DNA of 64,000 bases from a virus. Lineage: Duplodnaviria > Heunggongvirae > Uroviricota > Caudoviricetes. The position numbers and the translations under genes were made by a program. Each line of letters begins with the position of its first letter. Positions within the stretch are counted from its first letter, which is position 1. Shown piece by piece: positions 1-9,915 of this stretch. The stretch lies in the IMG/VR virus record IMGVR_UViG_3300028888_000051, positions 35,384 to 99,383 of that record. One strand, written 5' to 3'. A model generated the notes under the pieces. That model was not told where the DNA came from. It searched no databases and was given only the letters and a program-made list of their open reading frames with translations.

Positions 1-364
1 TACCTTGTTTATCAATAAATTTACCTGTTTCTTCCATTTTTACACTCATAGTCCACATATTAATTCCTAATTCTTTAGCAATTGCTCCAATACTAGGATA
101 AATCTTACCAGTTTCTAAACATTTTACTTGAACTGCAGCTTTTGGACCTCTAGTTATTTTTTGAATAGGCTTTACTTCAGATTTATATAAATTATAAGAA
201 TTTTTTCCAAGTTTTTGTATAACGTAACCTTTAACATAAGATTGATTTTTACTTAAAGCATTATATAATGCACCTTTAGACATATCACATAGATTAGCTG
301 CATCTCTAACTGAATCAAAATGAACATTATCGACACTAATTTCAATAAAAGGTTTTTTACTCAT
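1..364 (-). CDS. NUMOD1-like DNA-binding protein, partial (runs off the window edge)
   Basis: Not in the ORF track. ATG at 364 has a GGAG SD. Translation MSKKPFIEISVDNVHFDSVRDAANL...VKCLETGKIYPSIGAIAKELGIN has two NUMOD1-like HTH motifs. Confidence 0.6.
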   Translation of the reverse strand, partial: MSKKPFIEISVDNVHFDSVRDAANLCDMSKGALYNALSKNQSYVKGYVIQKLGKNSYNLYKSEVKPIQKITRGPKAAVQVKCLETGKIYPSIGAIAKELGINMWTMSVKMEETGKFIDKQG

Positions 365-444
365 TTTTATAAATCTCCAAAAATTGTTAAAATTAATCAT
401 TAAACATTTATTTTATATAGTAAAATTTTTATTTTGTAAAGCCA

Positions 445-807
445 TCATTTTAAATTATTTATCATATTTATAACACTACTTATCGGTATTAATTTATTTG
501 CCCAAAATACAATATTCTTATCTAATTTTTTATTTTTAATTATTTCATAATTTTCTTCATTTCCAGAATACATAATAACTTTTGTTTTAAGATTATTATC
601 ATCTAAATATTTTAACATTTCTAATGCAGTTTCATTTTGCATATCATAATCTGAAATTATAACACGTGCTTTTTTATATAATTCTTTTTCTACAAGAGAA
701 GGCATTTCAAATTGTTTTAAAATATAATTAGAAAATTTAGAAAAAGCTAATTTAAAACTCTCTCTAACTATATAATCATCCTCTAAATGTATAATTATTT
801 TATTCAT
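445..807 (-). CDS. Stand-alone CheY-like response regulator receiver domain
   Basis: HLEDD acidic pocket, ISDYDM phosphoacceptor Asp, MYSG switch Ser, conserved Lys (ANKL); 120 aa. Confidence 0.75.
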   Translation of the reverse strand: MNKIIIHLEDDYIVRESFKLAFSKFSNYILKQFEMPSLVEKELYKKARVIISDYDMQNETALEMLKYLDDNNLKTKVIMYSGNEENYEIIKNKKLDKNIVFWANKLIPISSVINMINNLK

Positions 808-1019
808 AATTTTTTCTCTTTATTAATATTTCTATGAAATAGTTTTGTTTCTGGATATAAAATAATTTTTCCCTTAGTTGAATGTATAATTACAGACATA
901 GCACAAAGAGAAGTATTTAAATTAGATAAAATTCGAATATCTTGCGTTTCATCATATTTTTCTAAAACACGTAATAATTCTCCAACTGTTTTAATATGTG
1001 CTTTAATTAATTCAGCCAT
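804..1019 (-). CDS. Hypothetical phage protein
   Basis: ORF coupled to its neighbours (4-bp overlap). Confidence 0.6.
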   Translation of the reverse strand: MAELIKAHIKTVGELLRVLEKYDETQDIRILSNLNTSLCAMSVIIHSTKGKIILYPETKLFHRNINKEKKL

Positions 1020-1023
1020 AATA

Positions 1024-1629
1024 TTATTCCTTTGTTTTAATCTTTGTTAAATTTTCTAATATTTCAGCTCCTCTTTTTTTTCTATCTTCGGGATTACCAA
1101 AAAAGCTTAATTCCCAAAATAAACCGTATATAACATGCATTAAAGTAGGATGTACATGTACTTTTTTGATTAGATTGCCTTTTTCATCATAAAATGGAGC
1201 TTCACAATCAAAAGTTAACTCTAAATTTTTAATATCATTAGCACCTAAAAAATCTATACCAAAAATTTCACCTTTTTCATCAATACCATCTACTTCCATT
1301 TTAATCGGAGCTGTTTCAAAATATTCTTTATTAAATTCTAAACCATACCAATAAAAACGTAATTTACCATTTACGTCTTTTGCTTCTGATTTTTGTTCAG
1401 CTTCAGCTAAAAATTCATCAGCATAAAATAAAATCGGTTTAATTTGTTCATTTTTCTTAACTAAATTAAAAATAGTTTGTACAGTTGATCCTTTAGCAAA
1501 TACTACAGGAGTAGATGCTAATGTATATGGATTAATATTACATTTTTCTTTTTTTTCAGAATATCTTTTATAATACATATCTCCATTTATATCTACATAT
1601 ACATATTCCATTGGAAAATCTTTTTTCAT
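1024..1629 (-). CDS. Hypothetical phage protein
   Basis: AAGGA SD, upstream promoter; C-terminal FWELSFFGNPEDR. Confidence 0.7.
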   Translation of the reverse strand: MKKDFPMEYVYVDINGDMYYKRYSEKKEKCNINPYTLASTPVVFAKGSTVQTIFNLVKKNEQIKPILFYADEFLAEAEQKSEAKDVNGKLRFYWYGLEFNKEYFETAPIKMEVDGIDEKGEIFGIDFLGANDIKNLELTFDCEAPFYDEKGNLIKKVHVHPTLMHVIYGLFWELSFFGNPEDRKKRGAEILENLTKIKTKE

Positions 1630-1663
1630 AACTAATTCCTTTCTTTTTTACTATTTATTTTAT

Positions 1664-1693
1664 ATTAGTATATAATTAACTATTTGTAAAACC
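1664..1693 (-). promoter_or_regulatory. Representative sigma70-like promoter GGY-TTTACW-N17-TAWWWT (about 20 copies in the window)
   Basis: Minus strand GGT TTTACA-17 nt-TAATAT. The core (GTAAARCC or a 1-base variant on +) also occurs at 436, 3223, 4887, 6699, 8591, 10407, 11663, 12578, 13614, 16429, 28129, 32729, 40694, 42529, 42884, 43871, 44685, 45174, 50952, 57842. Confidence 0.75.
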
Positions 1694-1712
1694 ATTTATT
1701 TTTGTCAATTTT

Positions 1713-2084
1713 TTATATTTTATGTATATTTCCTACAACTGACCATGTTTGCCAAGTAATATCTAAAGACTCTAATGTTTCATCTGGATTATCTGTTCTT
1801 AAAACAAATCCTAATTTTTCTTGACACCATTCAACTAAATATTTTTTACCTTTAGTATTTTCAACATAATCATTTTGAAATATCATTTTTTGTGATTTAT
1901 CTAACATTCCAGTACTTCTATCTAATTGAATATTGTAAGTACCAGGTTTATCTTTATCTGTCAAGCCAGTAATAATATTAGAATAATTAAATGCATTAGC
2001 ATATGCAACGTGTACCGGAATAGATTTTTTATTCTCTGTCTTATAAGTTACATATCTATATAAATCACCTCGCATTTTACACAT
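1713..2084 (-). CDS. YopX-family protein
   Basis: STGMLDKSQKMIFQNDYV...VVGNIH resembles the YopX signature; GGAGG SD. Confidence 0.7.
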   Translation of the reverse strand: MCKMRGDLYRYVTYKTENKKSIPVHVAYANAFNYSNIITGLTDKDKPGTYNIQLDRSTGMLDKSQKMIFQNDYVENTKGKKYLVEWCQEKLGFVLRTDNPDETLESLDITWQTWSVVGNIHKI

Positions 2085-2129
2085 TTATTAACCTCCAATA
2101 TTTAAATTATATTTAATTTATAATTTAAA

Positions 2130-2822
2130 CTATTTAATTTGTAAAGCCTTTTTACATTCTTTTAAAATTTTATTGATCCAACCTTTATTCATTTCTATTA
2201 TATTAACATTTGGATTATTTATCATTGTATAAGCTGCTAAAGAATGTGTTGCAACAATTATTTGTACATTTTTATTTAAAATACATAAATTTTCAAACCA
2301 TTTAAATAATCCAAATTGCATATTTAATGCCATATTATTATCTGGTTCATCTGCAATAATTATACAATTATTATCATATTCTATCTTATTATCAACTAAT
2401 TCTTTAATTTGTTCATCATTTAATTTATGGGTTTTTTTAAGATTTTCTGAAAACCAAGTATGATAATCATAATTACTTTCTCCTCTACTAGAAAAATGAC
2501 CAGAAATAGCAGTAAATATATCACAACTCATACTATTAAAATCAGGGGCCTCAAAAATTTCATTTGGATTATATTTGATTATTTTACTAACTTTACCTTT
2601 TGCTCTAGCATCAAGATATTTTTGAAAATTTAAAAAATCATTTTGCTTAGGACCATTATAACATTTTCTATAACCATTATATTGTTCAATTAATGCTAAT
2701 AATGATGATTTACCACTAGTATTTGCTCCAACAATTATATTAAGTCCTGGTTTAAATATAAATTCACGAAAATCAGAATTCTTGAATCTTTCATTTCTTC
2801 TAACTTCTAAATATTCAATCAT
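2130..2822 (-). CDS. ABC/AAA-type ATPase
   Basis: Walker A GANTSGKS, signature-like SSRGE, Walker B IIADEPD, H-loop ATHS. Confidence 0.8.
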   Translation of the reverse strand: MIEYLEVRRNERFKNSDFREFIFKPGLNIIVGANTSGKSSLLALIEQYNGYRKCYNGPKQNDFLNFQKYLDARAKGKVSKIIKYNPNEIFEAPDFNSMSCDIFTAISGHFSSRGESNYDYHTWFSENLKKTHKLNDEQIKELVDNKIEYDNNCIIIADEPDNNMALNMQFGLFKWFENLCILNKNVQIIVATHSLAAYTMINNPNVNIIEMNKGWINKILKECKKALQIK

Positions 2823-2827
2823 AGCTA

Positions 2828-3217
2828 TTATTTCCTTAAAAGTAAAAGACTTAATAAATCTTTTTTATGTCTTTCGCCATTTTTTGTAAGTTTAACTTTA
2901 AGTGTAGTTTGAAAATATTTTTGAGCCTTTATATGTAAAATATCTAGTATTTCTAAATACTTGTTTAATTGATAAAAATTAATAAAATCATTTATTAATT
3001 TTTCATTTAATTTGTAATCTTCTGTATTTATCATAAATGCTATACCAAACTCATCAGTTTTATTATTATAATCTATATAATCTATAGTAACACAATAAGG
3101 TTTTATATATTTCACAAAAGTACCATATATAACCTTAAAAAGTTTCGATGTTACTGTATATTTCATATCTTTTGCCCATTTATTTATTTTATATAAATAT
3201 TGTATACTATTTTTCAT
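2828..3217 (-). CDS. Hypothetical phage protein
   Basis: 129-aa ORF in the minus-strand gene run. Confidence 0.55.
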   Translation of the reverse strand: MKNSIQYLYKINKWAKDMKYTVTSKLFKVIYGTFVKYIKPYCVTIDYIDYNNKTDEFGIAFMINTEDYKLNEKLINDFINFYQLNKYLEILDILHIKAQKYFQTTLKVKLTKNGERHKKDLLSLLLLRK

Positions 3218-3233
3218 ATAAAGTAAAGCCTTT

Positions 3234-3617
3234 TCAATCTATACTATTTAAAGTTTCTGTATATCCAAATAAAGCTAATAAACCTATTATAAATTCTATG
3301 TCATCTTTTGTTATGTTATTTTTTAAACTTATTTTTGCAGCATAACTATTAGGATTTTTACCATATTCAATATCTATAAATTTACGAATACCGTCTTGAC
3401 TTAATTTATATTCAAAAGAAGTTTGTAAATTATTATTATCATAAAAAGTATTATAATATAGATTAAGCTCTATTGTATAATATAAAGTAGATGAACTACC
3501 TACTACAACTTTATTCTTTTTAGTCGTAAATTTTTGCATTGTAGCTTTTAAATAATCTATAAGCATCCACCAACATTTTATTTTTGGTTCAACATTTTCT
3601 AACCAATTAATTGACAT
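3234..3617 (-). CDS. Hypothetical protein, possible distant member of the C-terminal-motif family
   Basis: GAGG SD; ends DIEFIIGLLALFG. Confidence 0.6.
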   Translation of the reverse strand: MSINWLENVEPKIKCWWMLIDYLKATMQKFTTKKNKVVVGSSSTLYYTIELNLYYNTFYDNNNLQTSFEYKLSQDGIRKFIDIEYGKNPNSYAAKISLKNNITKDDIEFIIGLLALFGYTETLNSID

Positions 3618-3621
3618 TATA

Positions 3622-4083
3622 TTACCTCATAGTATTTTCTATTAAAATTAAATTTTTCGTAATATCTAAATATCTAATATCTCGATCTACAAAAATAATT
3701 AAATTTTTTTGTGTAATATTACTAGCTCTTGGAAATAAAGCGGTATTAGCATCAAAATATTTTTTAAAAAATTCAATTAATACTTCTCTATATGATTTAT
3801 GCTTTTCTTTAATTATAGAAAAATAAATCAATGTAGCTAAATCATTTGAAATTTTAAATTCTATATACACAGGAAAAGAATTTTTCATAACTGTAAATAA
3901 TTTTTTATCAGAATATCTATTTTTATCATAATATTTACCGTATCTGCCATTTTTACATAAATAATTTTTGCTAAAATGCCAAATTTTATATTCTGGACAT
4001 ATTTTGGTTAACCATTTTATAAATTTATCACGCCTATTACCCTCTATAATTAACCAATGTGTTTTTCCAATTTCTTCTAACAT
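3622..4083 (-). CDS. Hypothetical phage protein
   Basis: Coupled ORF, 153 aa. Confidence 0.6.
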   Translation of the reverse strand: MLEEIGKTHWLIIEGNRRDKFIKWLTKICPEYKIWHFSKNYLCKNGRYGKYYDKNRYSDKKLFTVMKNSFPVYIEFKISNDLATLIYFSIIKEKHKSYREVLIEFFKKYFDANTALFPRASNITQKNLIIFVDRDIRYLDITKNLILIENTMR

Positions 4084-4829
4084 TTATTATTTTTCCTATA
4101 ACTATATGCATATTCTAAGGCTTCTTCAAGTGTATCATCAAAATATTTTTTTATATCTTTCGATGGCATAAAACTAAAAGCAGCATTTAAATAAAGACTA
4201 GTTAAATTTATATAAAGTTGAGATGCATTTTTACCTTGTTTATATAAATCATATGCATATTCTTTTTCTAATTTACATTTTTTCATAAGGTAAACAATAA
4301 ATAATTTATAGTCATTTGGTTTTAGATGACAGAAATATGTATGATCTTTTTTATCAATAAAATCATGTTTACTATAATTAGTTAAATTTACTTTATATAT
4401 TATTATTTCTTTATGTTGATTATCATATGTATTTTTTAATTGTTTAATTCTAGCTTTTCCTTCTTTTTGTCCACACGAAATAGCTGTTTTGACTATTCTT
4501 TTTAACCAATGGCTTTTTTCTTCATTATGATATTTAGTTTCTAAAATATCTTTTGATAAATTCTCTATATTAAACCAAACTGTATCAGCATATTGTTTAA
4601 ATATAGAAAAAGGATTATTATAATTTTTAAGTGAATTGTCTATATAATTACTAATTTCATTTTTTTCATACATATCTCTTTCTACAATCCAATCAAAGCA
4701 TATATCATTTAAATCTTTTCCAACTAAATTTTTTAAATAGACAAGATTAAAAAAGATAGTACGATAAGAAAAATAAATTTTATCGCCTTCATAAAAATTA
4801 ATAGTTATCATATCCTTTTCTTCAGTCAT
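4077..4829 (-). CDS. Hypothetical phage protein
   Basis: AAGGA SD, promoter at 4887; 250 aa. Confidence 0.7.
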   Translation of the reverse strand: MTEEKDMITINFYEGDKIYFSYRTIFFNLVYLKNLVGKDLNDICFDWIVERDMYEKNEISNYIDNSLKNYNNPFSIFKQYADTVWFNIENLSKDILETKYHNEEKSHWLKRIVKTAISCGQKEGKARIKQLKNTYDNQHKEIIIYKVNLTNYSKHDFIDKKDHTYFCHLKPNDYKLFIVYLMKKCKLEKEYAYDLYKQGKNASQLYINLTSLYLNAAFSFMPSKDIKKYFDDTLEEALEYAYSYRKNNKC

Positions 4830-4900
4830 TTTAATTTCCTTAATGTGGATAATATATTAATATTTATACTATATATAATTACAGATGTAAAGCCGTTAAT

Positions 4901-5236
4901 TCATAAAAGGTTTTTGATTTTTAATAAAACATACATTTCTTCTATTGTAATTTGTTTATATTCTAATTCTTCTATTTCAGTTGACATAAATTCATTTATA
5001 GATTTAAAAATTATTTTGCTTTTACTTTTTTCTAATCCTAATTTTTCTAAAAATAATTTCCGTATATCAGAAGCAATAGAATAACCAGAATCAAATATTT
5101 TATATTTAATATTCATAGTTTTACGATATTTATTAAAATATACATAATCTAAACACCACATAGCAGCTGGTATATTATTATCAATTAATTTAAAGATTGT
5201 TTCACATACTATATCATTATCAAAATACAAATCCAA
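4901..5236 (-). CDS. Small protein, C-terminal ELYTLxK-like motif family
   Basis: Ends IEEMYVLLKIKNLL; TTG start with GGAG SD. Confidence 0.6.
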   Translation of the reverse strand: MDLYFDNDIVCETIFKLIDNNIPAAMWCLDYVYFNKYRKTMNIKYKIFDSGYSIASDIRKLFLEKLGLEKSKSKIIFKSINEFMSTEIEELEYKQITIEEMYVLLKIKNLL

Positions 5237-5327
5237 AGCACTCCATTAAATATATACCGCTATATATTATTAAAAAACTTAATAACAATATAATTAATAA
5301 ATCTAAAGTATCAAATTCCATATTATA

Positions 5328-5684
5328 TTAATCTCCAAAAACCATCTTTAAATACACATAAAAATAATTTATATCATCTTTTATTTCAAAGCATAAATAT
5401 TCTTTACGATAATCTTTTTCTAAATATTTTAAATTATATTTTTCACATATTTCTTTTACTATGTTTTTTCTATTTTTACAAATTTTAAAATATATTATTT
5501 TGAAATTTGAATGAATTAAATGTCTATAATATTTTCCATATCCATCACTATATGCTAATATATGTCTTTTTAATACTCGACAATTTAAAGAATAATTAAA
5601 AGAATATCTAACATGACGTTCAATTATCTCTAAGCATTCATCATACTTCTCTAAATATTCTTTAGTTATATCTAAATTATTCAT
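5328..5684 (-). CDS. Small protein, C-terminal-motif family (KRK..FGL subfamily)
   Basis: KNRKNIVKEICEKYNL...DYRKEYLCFEI...INYFYVYLKM. Confidence 0.65.
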   Translation of the reverse strand: MNNLDITKEYLEKYDECLEIIERHVRYSFNYSLNCRVLKRHILAYSDGYGKYYRHLIHSNFKIIYFKICKNRKNIVKEICEKYNLKYLEKDYRKEYLCFEIKDDINYFYVYLKMVFGD

Positions 5685-6006
5685 ATTTTTCCCTATATGA
5701 TAGTTTATATAAAGTAACTATATTAAATACTTCATTTAAATATTCTTCTTTAAAACTTAGTTGTAAATAAGTAATTAGTTCACTATTTGTATATTGAAAA
5801 TCAAAATATTTATCTATATTAAAATATTTCAAATAAAAATTTATTCGATCTATTGGGTTTATTATTAAAAATGATATATACCAATTACTTAAACTAAGTT
5901 TATAAGTAAAAAGTTCATCATTTGAATATGATAATGATGAAACATTACATGTATTGTATATTATCTTATTTGTTAACCAATTTGCTAATTCTATTTCTTT
6001 ACTCAT
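5677..6006 (-). CDS. Small protein, C-terminal-motif family
   Basis: Ends VFNIVTLYKL. Confidence 0.6.
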   Translation of the reverse strand: MSKEIELANWLTNKIIYNTCNVSSLSYSNDELFTYKLSLSNWYISFLIINPIDRINFYLKYFNIDKYFDFQYTNSELITYLQLSFKEEYLNEVFNIVTLYKLSYREKYE

Positions 6007-6349
6007 TTTGTTCCATTAATTTATAACTAATAATTATCTCTTCTGTTTGATTTAAATATTTTTTATTAAATTGAAGTGTAATAGCTGATCCAGGTTCATA
6101 TATACTTGTTGGATTGGTATAATCTGCATCTAAATATTTATTTAATAATTTTTTATTAATATAATCTTGTAAAGTTCCACAAATTTCTCTTGCATCCCTA
6201 TATTCAACTTCTAAATATACAATCATTATTCCTGATTCTATTACAGATAAAGGAGCATTTAAAGCCTTATGCATAACATATATAAGAAAATCATTAATCA
6301 AATCAATTCTTTTTTGATATAAATCTTCTTTTTTTAATAAATTATTCAT
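5999..6349 (-). CDS. Small protein, C-terminal-motif family
   Basis: Ends TEEIIISYKLM. Confidence 0.6.
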   Translation of the reverse strand: MNNLLKKEDLYQKRIDLINDFLIYVMHKALNAPLSVIESGIMIVYLEVEYRDAREICGTLQDYINKKLLNKYLDADYTNPTSIYEPGSAITLQFNKKYLNQTEEIIISYKLMEQNE

Positions 6350-6646
6350 TTATACTTCCTTTAATTTCATTAATGTATATAAATCTGCAAAAGAACTACC
6401 ACTGTTAAACGGAGCTCCACACATTACTACAAATTGTTCATCTTCATCAATTTTTTTACCTTTAGCTGCTCCAATATAATATTTTATTTCTTTTGTTAAG
6501 GTATCTAATACTTTAACGATACCAATAGTATTAAGTTCACCTTTATCCATATAATGATATGTTGTTAAAGGAAACCAAATACTATCAATTATAACAAAAT
6601 TAGTCATACCATAACATTTAACTCTACGCTTATTTGTATCAGTCAT
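6350..6646 (-). CDS. Small protein, unrelated core with the shared C-terminal motif
   Basis: Core IGIVKVLD..T.E.KYYIG...DEQ; ends FADLYTLMKLKEV. Confidence 0.7.
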   Translation of the reverse strand: MTDTNKRRVKCYGMTNFVIIDSIWFPLTTYHYMDKGELNTIGIVKVLDTLTKEIKYYIGAAKGKKIDEDEQFVVMCGAPFNSGSSFADLYTLMKLKEV

Positions 6647-6713
6647 ATTTTTTATCCTTTAATTTTTAACTATATAGTATTATATAAATTTATATAATGT
6701 AAAACCATCTAAA

Positions 6714-7070
6714 TCATATTAATCCCATTAATTTTATCAATGTCAAAAATTCATTAAATTCTATTTCAGTTAAGTTATTTTTTAATTTTATTTTAATTGA
6801 ATAGTTTGATATATTTACTTTAATATAATTATCAAAATTTTTATTTTTTAAATATTGTTCAATACTATGTTTTATCATATATAAAGCATTATTTAATCCA
6901 ATTTTATCATAATTTGGATTATCTATTAATTTGAATTTTACTTTTGCAGAACCATCATAATTATGCCAAATATTTCCAAACAAAGTTTTATCATACTTAA
7001 TTATGTGTGAAACAAGTATTTCATATAAAATCATTGAAATTTTAGTTAGTTCTTGATTATTAATAATCAT
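6714..7070 (-). CDS. Small protein, C-terminal-motif family
   Basis: Ends FNEFLTLIKLMGLI. Confidence 0.65.
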   Translation of the reverse strand: MIINNQELTKISMILYEILVSHIIKYDKTLFGNIWHNYDGSAKVKFKLIDNPNYDKIGLNNALYMIKHSIEQYLKNKNFDNYIKVNISNYSIKIKLKNNLTEIEFNEFLTLIKLMGLI

Positions 7071-7074
7071 ATTT

Positions 7075-7518
7075 TTATTCCTTATTACTTATAAATTTAC
7101 ATAATGTATACAATTCATTAAATTTATCATTAGATATATAAAAACTTAAATGTTTCAATCTATAATTTTCATTTTCTAAACAAAGACCAAAATTTTTCAT
7201 GATATTTTCACTTTTCTTTCTACGATTTGTTTTACTCCACACATTAAATTTAATTAAATTATTTGGTATATTATTAAATTGTATATGTACAAACCCTTCT
7301 GAATAAATATAACAACCATCTGTAATCCTATCACCATTAGATTCCCAATGATCATTTAAAGTATTAATAATAAAATTATATTTTTTATTAAATTCATTAA
7401 TATCTTTAATAAATTTTACACGCTCAATTAATTGCATTTCAACAGCTTTTATAATTTTATTTTCTTTCATGATACATTTCCTTTTTATTGATATATTTTT
7501 ATTATCATTTATATGCAT
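7075..7518 (-). CDS. Small protein, C-terminal-motif family (KRK..FGL subfamily)
   Basis: RRKKSENIMKNFGL...NYR...FYI...FNELYTLCKF; true start may be the second Met. Confidence 0.65.
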   Translation of the reverse strand: MHINDNKNISIKRKCIMKENKIIKAVEMQLIERVKFIKDINEFNKKYNFIINTLNDHWESNGDRITDGCYIYSEGFVHIQFNNIPNNLIKFNVWSKTNRRKKSENIMKNFGLCLENENYRLKHLSFYISNDKFNELYTLCKFISNKE

Positions 7519-7521
7519 AAA

Positions 7522-7953
7522 TCATTTAATTAACATTTTTGATAAAGTATATAAATCGTTAAACATATTTGATTGTATTTTAAATATATAATATTGACTT
7601 CTATAATTAATAATATCAATTGGAATTAAATCAAAAACATTCGTTAATTCTTCAACTAAAATTTTTCTTTTATTACCAAATGTAAATATAAATGTAATAT
7701 AATCATCTTGAAGATTTGCTTTTTTTGATAATCTAAATAGATTATTTTTACTATTATTATCTATTTCAAATCCATTATGTATAATAAAAGATATATGACG
7801 TAAAAAAGATTTTGAACTTTTACCATTATAAGCTAATTCAGTAGTTTTAAATTTATTACTTAAATACATAATAATATTACGATTTATATCATTATATATT
7901 TGTTCATATTCTGTGATGTTTTTTGCTATAATTTCAAATTCATCTATAGTCAT
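7522..7953 (-). CDS. Small protein, C-terminal-motif family; paralog of 11743-12153
   Basis: NKRKILVEELTNVFDLIP...NYRSQYYIFKI...FNDLYTLSKM. Confidence 0.7.
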   Translation of the reverse strand: MTIDEFEIIAKNITEYEQIYNDINRNIIMYLSNKFKTTELAYNGKSSKSFLRHISFIIHNGFEIDNNSKNNLFRLSKKANLQDDYITFIFTFGNKRKILVEELTNVFDLIPIDIINYRSQYYIFKIQSNMFNDLYTLSKMLIK

Positions 7954-8544
7954 TTAGATAATTCCTAACAATTTTATTGTGGTTAATGTATTATCAGAAT
8001 CAATTATTTTATATATCACACATTGTTTTTCAAAAGATCTCTCAATTTCTTGAATATCTAAAAGTTTAAATGTATTTTCTAAAGAATCTGTTAATTTACA
8101 AAATGGAATAAATAAGATATTATTTAATTTATACTGATTTATATTTATGTAATTTTCAAAAAAATTAGTATGAATAAGTTTAAAATATATTATTTCTTTA
8201 ACTAATTGATCTTTAAATTTTTTTGGTAAAACTACATCATTGATAAATTCTGAAATTTTATCTTTATAAATAAATATTTGCTTTTTATTTAAAAATCCAA
8301 AACTATTTAATGCAAATATATCAGGATATTCTCTTTCTAATTGATCTACAATTTTAATAAATCTAGACTCATTAAAATGTCTACTTTTCATATAACCTAT
8401 TTCATATCCATTTATTTCAGAATATGGAGATTCATTTACAAGAATAAGTCCTTGTTTATTTTGTATTCTGTCTGTAATTTTAATTAGTCTATTTAATTTA
8501 TATTCAATTTTTGCTGTTGTTAAAAAATCTATACTTTTCAACAT
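7954..8544 (-). CDS. Hypothetical protein, C-terminal-motif family
   Basis: GAAAGGA SD; ends NTLTTIKLLGII. Confidence 0.6.
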   Translation of the reverse strand: MLKSIDFLTTAKIEYKLNRLIKITDRIQNKQGLILVNESPYSEINGYEIGYMKSRHFNESRFIKIVDQLEREYPDIFALNSFGFLNKKQIFIYKDKISEFINDVVLPKKFKDQLVKEIIYFKLIHTNFFENYININQYKLNNILFIPFCKLTDSLENTFKLLDIQEIERSFEKQCVIYKIIDSDNTLTTIKLLGII

Positions 8545-8626
8545 CTTTTTTTCCTTTCTATATAAAATTATAGGCTTTACTTAGTTAAAAGTAAAGCCGT
8601 TTATAAAAATAAATAAAATAAATTAT

Positions 8627-9052
8627 TTATAGATTACCATTAAATCCATATATATTATTAAATTTATATAACATTTTAATCATAGCTATTGTATTAGAGT
8701 CATTAGAATAGAGAGAGGCTTTTAATTTATTAAATTCTGGTATAAGATTATGATTATTTAATTCACGTAAATTAATATCAGCTAATTTTCTTAAACCACT
8801 ATCTGTCCACATACCAATATTTGCATGTGCTAAATTAGACCTATTTTCTAAAGCTGCTTCATTATGTTTATTTGTCAAAATACTTATAAATTGATCATTA
8901 GTTATACCATAATCAGCAAACTTTTTCTGTTTTTCTTTCCAATCACGATTATGAGCTTGTTTACTTAAAGTATCTATATTATAGATTTTTTCTTCTAATT
9001 TATGACAAGCTTCTCTAAACAATATTAAGTATTTATTCATATGATTAAACAT
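8627..9052 (-). CDS. Putative late/virion protein; tandem paralog of 9045-9491
   Basis: N-terminal MNKYLILFREACHKLEE; shares W..Q..KF..Y.I...F.S and A.IG.W.D.GL.KL with its neighbour. Confidence 0.6.
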   Translation of the reverse strand: MFNHMNKYLILFREACHKLEEKIYNIDTLSKQAHNRDWKEKQKKFADYGITNDQFISILTNKHNEAALENRSNLAHANIGMWTDSGLRKLADINLRELNNHNLIPEFNKLKASLYSNDSNTIAMIKMLYKFNNIYGFNGNL

Positions 9053-9491
9053 GTATATTATCTAAATCTGGATCATCACTAAATCTATAAAGCATTTTTA
9101 CCATGGCTGTTGCATTTTTGTCAGCTGGATATAATATTTCTTTAAGTTTATTAAATGAATCAATACAACCTTTTTCTTTAACTATATCTAGCATTTTATT
9201 TCCTAATTTTTGTAACCCCAAATCTTGCCAATTACCAATTCTTGCTTGTGACATAAGATTACGATCTTGGATACCTCTTTCTGCTGCATTACCTACAACA
9301 GTACTAATAAATCTACCATCAGCAATATCATATTTTTCAAATTTTTCTTTTTGCTGTTTCCAATTTGTAGTGTTAAATTGATTTGTATTTCTAAATGGAT
9401 TTATATGAGATTTTAATTTATTTGAACTATAAATATCTTCTTCTAATTTAGTAACAGCTTCTTTAAAAAGTTGTACATATTTATTTATCAT
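9045..9491 (-). CDS. Putative late/virion protein; tandem paralog of 8627-9052
   Basis: N-terminal MINKYVQLFKEAVTKLEE; GTTCTAA motif upstream (9537-9543). Confidence 0.6.
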   Translation of the reverse strand: MINKYVQLFKEAVTKLEEDIYSSNKLKSHINPFRNTNQFNTTNWKQQKEKFEKYDIADGRFISTVVGNAAERGIQDRNLMSQARIGNWQDLGLQKLGNKMLDIVKEKGCIDSFNKLKEILYPADKNATAMVKMLYRFSDDPDLDNIHV

Positions 9492-9582
9492 TTTATATTA
9501 TATCCTTAATTTATATATAAATTAAATATCTAAAAATTAGAACTTACACAACTAATAAAAAATAATATATATTTAATGGTTT

Positions 9583-9915
9583 TTATCTCAATATTTTCCA
9601 TAATGTATAAACTTCATCTAAAAATTCGGATTTATTTGAAAGAGGGTAGAGTTTAAGAATATAAAATTCACCACCTGTACCTTGTAGTTTTACACCTAAA
9701 TAATTTTCAAAACCTAGTTTATTTATATATTGTTGCAAACCAAAATAATATCGATTGGGCTTTTGTTGATAATGAATATAACGCATAATACAAGGTTGAT
9801 CTAGATTAGTTTTTACAATTACTTTTTTACGTAATGTTTGTTTATTAAGACTATCAAACCAAGACAAATAGATATCTTTTAATAATTCAATAACTTGTTC
9901 TGAATCTAACATCAT
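9583..9915 (-). CDS. Small protein, C-terminal-motif family
   Basis: Ends LDEVYTLWKILR. Confidence 0.65.
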   Translation of the reverse strand: MMLDSEQVIELLKDIYLSWFDSLNKQTLRKKVIVKTNLDQPCIMRYIHYQQKPNRYYFGLQQYINKLGFENYLGVKLQGTGGEFYILKLYPLSNKSEFLDEVYTLWKILR

